Both the position numbers and the translations under genes were made by a program. A stretch of 64,000 bases of DNA from IMG/VR virus record IMGVR_UViG_3300035507_000332. The stretch is one strand, 5' to 3'. The notes beneath the pieces were generated by a model that was not told the origin of the DNA, did not search any database, and saw nothing but the letters and a program-made list of their open reading frames with translations. The stretch comes from a virus. Taxonomy: Duplodnaviria > Caudoviricetes. Positions 60,301 to 64,000 of the stretch are shown in pieces; position 1 is the first letter of the stretch; each line of letters opens with the position of its first letter.

Positions 60301-61658
60301 ATGGGCATATTCAAGTAGATTCTAGGTGGGTGGGAATTTCCTCTCCTAACGTCGATTTCTACACGGTCAGTGACGGTCACGCTCAAAAAATTACCCTTGG
60401 AAACAACAGTATCCTAACCGTTGCCCAGGTACAGACAGACTCATCTAAGTTCTCTAGCGACGAACTTAGAAACCAAGTCGTGCCTAAATGGTACGTCGAT
60501 CAGTTGATTGACGGACACTTTGATGGGCATACTTCTACATCTGGGCGGTATGTAGATCTAACATCCAACCAAGAAATTGATGGTTACAAAACATTTAACA
60601 ACATCACTTACTTCAAGTCCGACATCAGTGTAGATGGGCATATTTGGCTACAAGACATGTTTTGGGCTAATAACGATGCTTGGTTCTATAGCAATGTTTA
60701 TTTTCAAGGCGTCCCAACTTTCTATAGCGATGTAAATCTTACAACTACGTCAAAGCTTACCTCTAATGGTGTAGCTAAGTTTAATGGAGTTGCTACTTTT
60801 AGTTCTTCAGCTTCTTTCAAAGGTGTAACTTCGTTCGCTGATTCCGTCTATTTCAATGGAGGGAGTAGCGGAGCAAAGACAATGTTCAATACGTCGGTAA
60901 CCTTTAGCGGAACAAGTCTTTACATCGGAACAGACGAAACGAGCATTGGTGGGAGCGTAAAATTTATCGCTGGAGATGTTGCGTTTAACAATCAAAGCGT
61001 AGGATTCAACACGCCTGTTACGTTCGACAAGCTTCATAGTACGACTTTCAACGGTAGCACTTCTTTCAACAAAGACGTCTCTTTCAATGGAGATCTTTCC
61101 TTTGGTGGTGAAACAACAACCTTTGCGTCGAGCCTAAGTAAGTTTACAGGAAGCCTAGCGAGCTTCCAGAGCGATGCGCTATTTGCTTCACAGGTAGACA
61201 TGAACAGCACGGTAAACAACCGAGGCAAGGTGAATGTTTATGGAGGTATGTACATTGGCAGAGAAGAAGACTGGAGTGCACTTGACATTGCTCAAGAGCA
61301 AAAACCAGAAGTAACTCAATTCCGGCCTTCTTTAAGAAGCGTCAATGGACAACTCATTGAATTCCCAAGGCTTGGTTGCGCAGATGGGACTCAAGAAAGT
61401 TGGTTCGTGGACAACACGACAAGAGTAACTACTGTCTTCCCATGGTGGCCGACTTCTGGTTATGAATCTGACAGCTTCTCTGACGAGAATTTGGAATATT
61501 CCAACTATCAGAATAACCTTTACCTTTGCAATGCAGGTATGGTCAAGTACCTAGTAAAATCAGCTTTGGAACTCATGGGGTACGACGTTTCAGTACTTAA
61601 GCCCGAATACTTCACTAAGGCAGTAGACGAATACTACAACAAATACGGAGAATACTAA
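57363..61658 (+). CDS. Long tail fibre/receptor-binding protein
   Basis: VSSLP..G..GFIYFVP...WELIG N-terminal module, shaft repeats, three xQxIxGxKxF modules, beta-rich C-terminal half. Confidence 0.85.
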   Translation: MSEFSSVYYVVHPSKGLIPFYGDFASKKDILDAIGQLGGTFKPLVVSSLPDAGEDGFIYFVPNGVDAGDNQHNEYLYFNGRWELIGSTGIDLTGFATEEALNTHTSNSSIHVTATDRNRWDSKQDAGDYATNTDLTTGLASKQDAGDYATNTALTTGLAKKQDVGDYATNTALKEGLATKQDVGDYATNSDLTSGLATKVNTAEFSTHTNNGDIHVTLDDKSVWNSAPTNLKLHTGDSDIHVTAKDKAKWNAKQDAGDYATNTALTEGLATKQDVGDYATNTALTEGLATKQAVGDYATNTALTEGLATKQDVGDYATNEALATGLATKQDAGDYATTDELTTHTGNTVIHVTQEDRDRWDAGSNEGVEASIAEVSANLTTHTGNSDIHVTAEDKEKWNSLPTQLDVTNSVNDAKASLQSDLLTHTGNAAIHVTTEDKAIWNAKQDAGDYATNDALTAGLATKQDAGSYATTDELASHTSDTEIHVTAEDKARWDAGSNEGVEASISEVKDFLGTHVGDTSIHVTTDEKDAWNAKQGAISTVNVSKSDDASSIADGALNVNLPTDWFTQAEIDTSDFVTLSGDQTITGNKFLKGGVAAYSAVMFVNSTSSGDETIGSIYPSSTSYPFVFLKPAYFSGTQNVFKNNVIVGGQVTAGAASIGNLATTGYAKIGTDLTVDGHATINGLVTTINSQDLYLDGHIHLSSSGGKFIDGHSLFRGRAEFSGSVDIVSDTKVNVDSSSILTVAKMQTDTAKFTSDEISNQVTTKKYVDSKIDYEVNTPRQFVISRAESWSSVAGWYSQGEGFLSIPGIDTIDCSLYSCSSWDEASFSFTTQGNSSMLSLTIPVGTNSSGSTNNGTVTSGNYVTLDTDQNISGNKFFDGHVTFQGPFVVFDVDDISFSGSVSVRDLEVRGSSNFYSQANFSGDVNIQSTGSLKNSGSTYLNGYNKVNGWTYLNSYNSVNGWTDFYSAASFHNVALFGSDGHIQVDSRWVGISSPNVDFYTVSDGHAQKITLGNNSILTVAQVQTDSSKFSSDELRNQVVPKWYVDQLIDGHFDGHTSTSGRYVDLTSNQEIDGYKTFNNITYFKSDISVDGHIWLQDMFWANNDAWFYSNVYFQGVPTFYSDVNLTTTSKLTSNGVAKFNGVATFSSSASFKGVTSFADSVYFNGGSSGAKTMFNTSVTFSGTSLYIGTDETSIGGSVKFIAGDVAFNNQSVGFNTPVTFDKLHSTTFNGSTSFNKDVSFNGDLSFGGETTTFASSLSKFTGSLASFQSDALFASQVDMNSTVNNRGKVNVYGGMYIGREEDWSALDIAQEQKPEVTQFRPSLRSVNGQLIEFPRLGCADGTQESWFVDNTTRVTTVFPWWPTSGYESDSFSDENLEYSNYQNNLYLCNAGMVKYLVKSALELMGYDVSVLKPEYFTKAVDEYYNKYGEY
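57670..58970 (+). repeat. Coding repeats in fibre shaft
   Basis: 11 copies of KQD(A/V)GDYAT-type units (mostly 19 aa/57 bp) and 8 copies of HxxxxxIHVT..D...W. Confidence 0.9.
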
Positions 61659-61663
61659 GAAAA

Positions 61664-62512
61664 ATGACGCAGCACCCTACATTTTGTTGGTTTAGTTTTC
61701 GCCGAGACGCTAGCCACCTGTTATACAGCGTGGCTAGCATACGGCGGTTATATCCAGAGTCGCAGAAATTTGTTTTTGACGACGGAAGTTATCCACTACC
61801 CAAGCGAGCCAAGAGAGTTTTGACGAACTGGGGAGTCAACGTCATCACGACAACATTTCCCCGAAAAGGGAATTTGCGAGGATGGACATGTGCCTACAAG
61901 ATAGCCGAATGCTACACATGGCTAGCGAACATCACAGGGAGTGAGATCGTCGTCAAGGTAGACTCAGACACCATATGGTTAAAGAAAGGGTGGCTAGAGA
62001 AATTTGCCGAAAGCGGATGTGTACTAGGCGGAATGCGGAGCAAATGCCGACGAGGAGTATGTGGCGTCTCCTACGCACTCAAGCGAGAAGGAATCGACCT
62101 TCTCATGGAGAGCTACAAAAACGAGCTAGAATCCCCATATTCCACCGAGGAAGACTTTGAAGTATGCAACCGCATATCCAAAGCCAAAGGAGGGAATGGA
62201 GACGACATCATCTACAAAGCACCCTACAGCCTATGGGGGATACATCCAGAATGCCCCGATGCAGTAGGCGTGGCGGTAGACTGGGGACAAAACTGCGCCC
62301 AGTTCATAGCCGACACAATGGAAGTAGTTGTTTTTGCCTACGACCCACCCAACCCACCAGGGTGTAAAACAGATGAAAAAGGCCAACCAGTAGCAACCAA
62401 AGCAGGAACACCGCTTTGGCTACGAGCAAGACTTTTAAGAGCCTCTTCAATGAGAAACATCTTAAAGCGTGTAATTCAAAATCAGGACAAAAGATGGCAG
62501 ACGAACGATTAA
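61664..62512 (+). CDS. Putative GT-A glycosyltransferase
   Basis: SVASIRR, FVFDD, VVKVDSDT (DxD), EED. Confidence 0.6.
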   Translation: MTQHPTFCWFSFRRDASHLLYSVASIRRLYPESQKFVFDDGSYPLPKRAKRVLTNWGVNVITTTFPRKGNLRGWTCAYKIAECYTWLANITGSEIVVKVDSDTIWLKKGWLEKFAESGCVLGGMRSKCRRGVCGVSYALKREGIDLLMESYKNELESPYSTEEDFEVCNRISKAKGGNGDDIIYKAPYSLWGIHPECPDAVGVAVDWGQNCAQFIADTMEVVVFAYDPPNPPGCKTDEKGQPVATKAGTPLWLRARLLRASSMRNILKRVIQNQDKRWQTND

Positions 62513-62913
62513 CACTACGTTTCCACGGAAACGACTGGGATAAATTTGACATGCAGATTAGTTGGGTAGATGCGGATGGATTTTCCATGCTAGCAGACAC
62601 AACAAGCGAAAGCTTGACAGAAGACCAACTCAAGGTAGTAGCGGCGATTGCAGGCCCATTAGTTGCGTTAAAAGCAGACTGGATGGCCAAGCAAGTCATT
62701 GTGACGAAATTCCGAGACAGCCTCAACCTAATTGTCATTGCCGAAAAAGAAAAGAACGGACAAGTGGCGACCAAGGTATTTACCGAAAACGACCTCGAAG
62801 AACTGCGCATTACCGACGAAGCGTCAATTGCATTGTTCGACGGCATTGTAGCCTCCGTACGTACGGAAGAAACGACCGAAGAAACAGCAGACACCGAAGA
62901 AGTTTCCGAATAA
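62494..62913 (+). CDS. Fibre-associated small protein (possible chaperone)
   Basis: Downstream of fibre; GTGTAA at 62469; resembles recalled Akkermansia prophage proteins. Confidence 0.45.
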   Translation: MADERLTLRFHGNDWDKFDMQISWVDADGFSMLADTTSESLTEDQLKVVAAIAGPLVALKADWMAKQVIVTKFRDSLNLIVIAEKEKNGQVATKVFTENDLEELRITDEASIALFDGIVASVRTEETTEETADTEEVSE

Positions 62914-62934
62914 CCAACGCCAAAACATCTTACC

Positions 62935-62965
62935 AAGAGAGGGGCGAGCAACCCCTCTCTTTTTT
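62935..62965 (+). terminator. Intrinsic terminator
   Basis: AAGAGAGGGG/CCCCTCTCTT then T tract. Confidence 0.8.
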
Positions 62966-62994
62966 GTCCCTAGGTGTAAGTATATGAGTAGAAT

Positions 62995-63531
62995 ATGAGC
63001 ATGAGGATAGCACTTGACATTGGACACGCAAATGGGACAGGCGCACGAGGAAACGGACTAGAAGAACATGCAGTTGCAAAGACAATCGTATGTGCTTTAG
63101 CGTCAAAGTTATCCGCAATGGGGCACGACGTAACCGTCATCGACTTCCCCGAAATGAGCAACCGAGACGACCTAAACGCCACGGTAAAAGCAGCGAATTC
63201 AGGGAACTACAACCTAGGCATCTCAATCCACTGCGACTGTTCAGACAGTTCAGCTGCAAGAGGGGGACACGTATGCTACTTCCCTTCATCGAAGAAGGGC
63301 AAGGCGTTAGCAGAAGCAATAGCAAAGCCACTTTCAACCTTACTACCTGGAAGAGCTAATACGACGGTAGAGCGAGGAAATTTGGCAGTATTAAAACAAA
63401 CCAACCCAGTATGGGTATTGTGCGAATGTGGGTTTATTAGCAACGAAGGAGACGCACAAGTAATGAAGGACAATCCTGGAGCAATTGCAGAAGCCATTGC
63501 GCAAGGGATTAAAGTTTACCTCGAATCATGA
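62995..63531 (+). CDS. Endolysin, N-acetylmuramoyl-L-alanine amidase (Amidase_3)
   Basis: IALDIGH, E, ISIHCD, VLCECGFISN. Confidence 0.92.
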   Translation: MSMRIALDIGHANGTGARGNGLEEHAVAKTIVCALASKLSAMGHDVTVIDFPEMSNRDDLNATVKAANSGNYNLGISIHCDCSDSSAARGGHVCYFPSSKKGKALAEAIAKPLSTLLPGRANTTVERGNLAVLKQTNPVWVLCECGFISNEGDAQVMKDNPGAIAEAIAQGIKVYLES

Positions 63532-63749
63532 ATACTATAGAATTAGAACTCGGTGAAAAAATTCTTCGAGAACATAGCTCTGAGCGCACTCGGTGTACTG
63601 TTTACACTCGGGTCATGGGCTACCATCGCCCTGTTGAGACGTTTAATAAGGGCAAGCAAGGAGAATTCGAAGACCGCACACACTTCATTGAGCCTACCCA
63701 CGACAATGAGCCGAGCAATCTGCATCATCCCAGCGAAGAAAAACTCTGA
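63528..63749 (+). CDS. Stand-alone NrdD C-terminal glycyl-radical domain
   Basis: CTVYTRVMGYHRPVETFNKGKQGEFEDR. Confidence 0.8.
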   Translation: MNTIELELGEKILREHSSERTRCTVYTRVMGYHRPVETFNKGKQGEFEDRTHFIEPTHDNEPSNLHHPSEEKL

Positions 63750-64000
63750 GAGACTACCTCAGAAGAATTTCTTACCTCTAGGGGGCGTTCCATTGTGGAT
63801 ACACACAGTGGAACATGCCCTCAAGGAAGACTTTGAATTTGTAGTCAGTACCGACAGCCAAGAAATCATCGACGAATGCAAGAAAAAAGGTTGGCGATAC
63901 TTTGAAGAAACGGTTGACGACTCAGACATGAGCAACTGCGTACGCCAAGTCCTCACCGAGTACGAAGACTACGACTACTACATCATTCTACAGCCGACCT
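63706..64000 (+). CDS. NeuA-like acylneuraminate (CMP-sugar) cytidylyltransferase, 3'-truncated; absent from ORF track
   Basis: Manual translation MSRAICIIPAKKNSERLPQKNFLPLGGVPL...VVSTDS...IILQPT. Confidence 0.85.
   Translation, partial: MSRAICIIPAKKNSERLPQKNFLPLGGVPLWIHTVEHALKEDFEFVVSTDSQEIIDECKKKGWRYFEETVDDSDMSNCVRQVLTEYEDYDYYIILQPT

Noticed and set aside
62304-62951. 215-aa minus-strand ORF and other short overlapping ORFs in the track
   Set aside because: Overlap better-supported genes on the opposite strand or frame, with no motifs
1-64000. Stop-codon reassignment
   Set aside because: Genes are intact and densely packed in code 11; TAA, TAG and TGA all end genes; only one in-frame split (gpJ)
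1-64000. tRNA, rRNA, integrase, capsid or terminase genes
   Set aside because: None recognised by eye in this window; tRNAscan not run

Overview
A 64 kb internal segment of a large, long-tailed (siphovirus-like) dsDNA phage genome using the standard genetic code. The host is diderm (spanin lipoprotein) and, by recalled sequence resemblance only, probably an Akkermansia-like Verrucomicrobium. Left to right: a 5'-truncated giant tape measure gene and tail-tube-fold/tail-tip genes; a minus-strand block (adenine MTase, SSB, dNMP kinase, CgtA-like glycosyltransferase, dUTPase); a ~950 bp non-coding divergence region; a plus-strand replication block (RecA/UvsX, DnaB with a class 3 intein, primase, PD-(D/E)xK nuclease, DnaE with an inserted DEDDh exonuclease, Clp ATPase, Whirly-like protein, Rad52-like annealase); holin/spanins; a lambda-like L-K-I-J tail tip; a Hef-like endonuclease; a T4-T-like holin; the major tail tube; a repeat-rich tail fibre; an amidase endolysin; a stand-alone NrdD glycyl-radical peptide; and a 3'-truncated NeuA-like cytidylyltransferase. 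Strongest leads: (1) a dispersed glycan-building system of six glycosyltransferase-like genes plus a CMP-sugar synthetase, partly tied to tail genes and a putative late promoter; (2) a promoter-driven ~400 nt structured minus-strand RNA followed by iteron-like repeats and an AT-rich tract, a candidate RNA-primed origin or new ncRNA; (3) a GTGTAA late-promoter motif; (4) a Whirly-like phage protein; (5) an FnIII domain of gpJ split across two in-frame genes; (6) strong CCGG avoidance. All family calls rest on motif recognition by eye; no searches were run.
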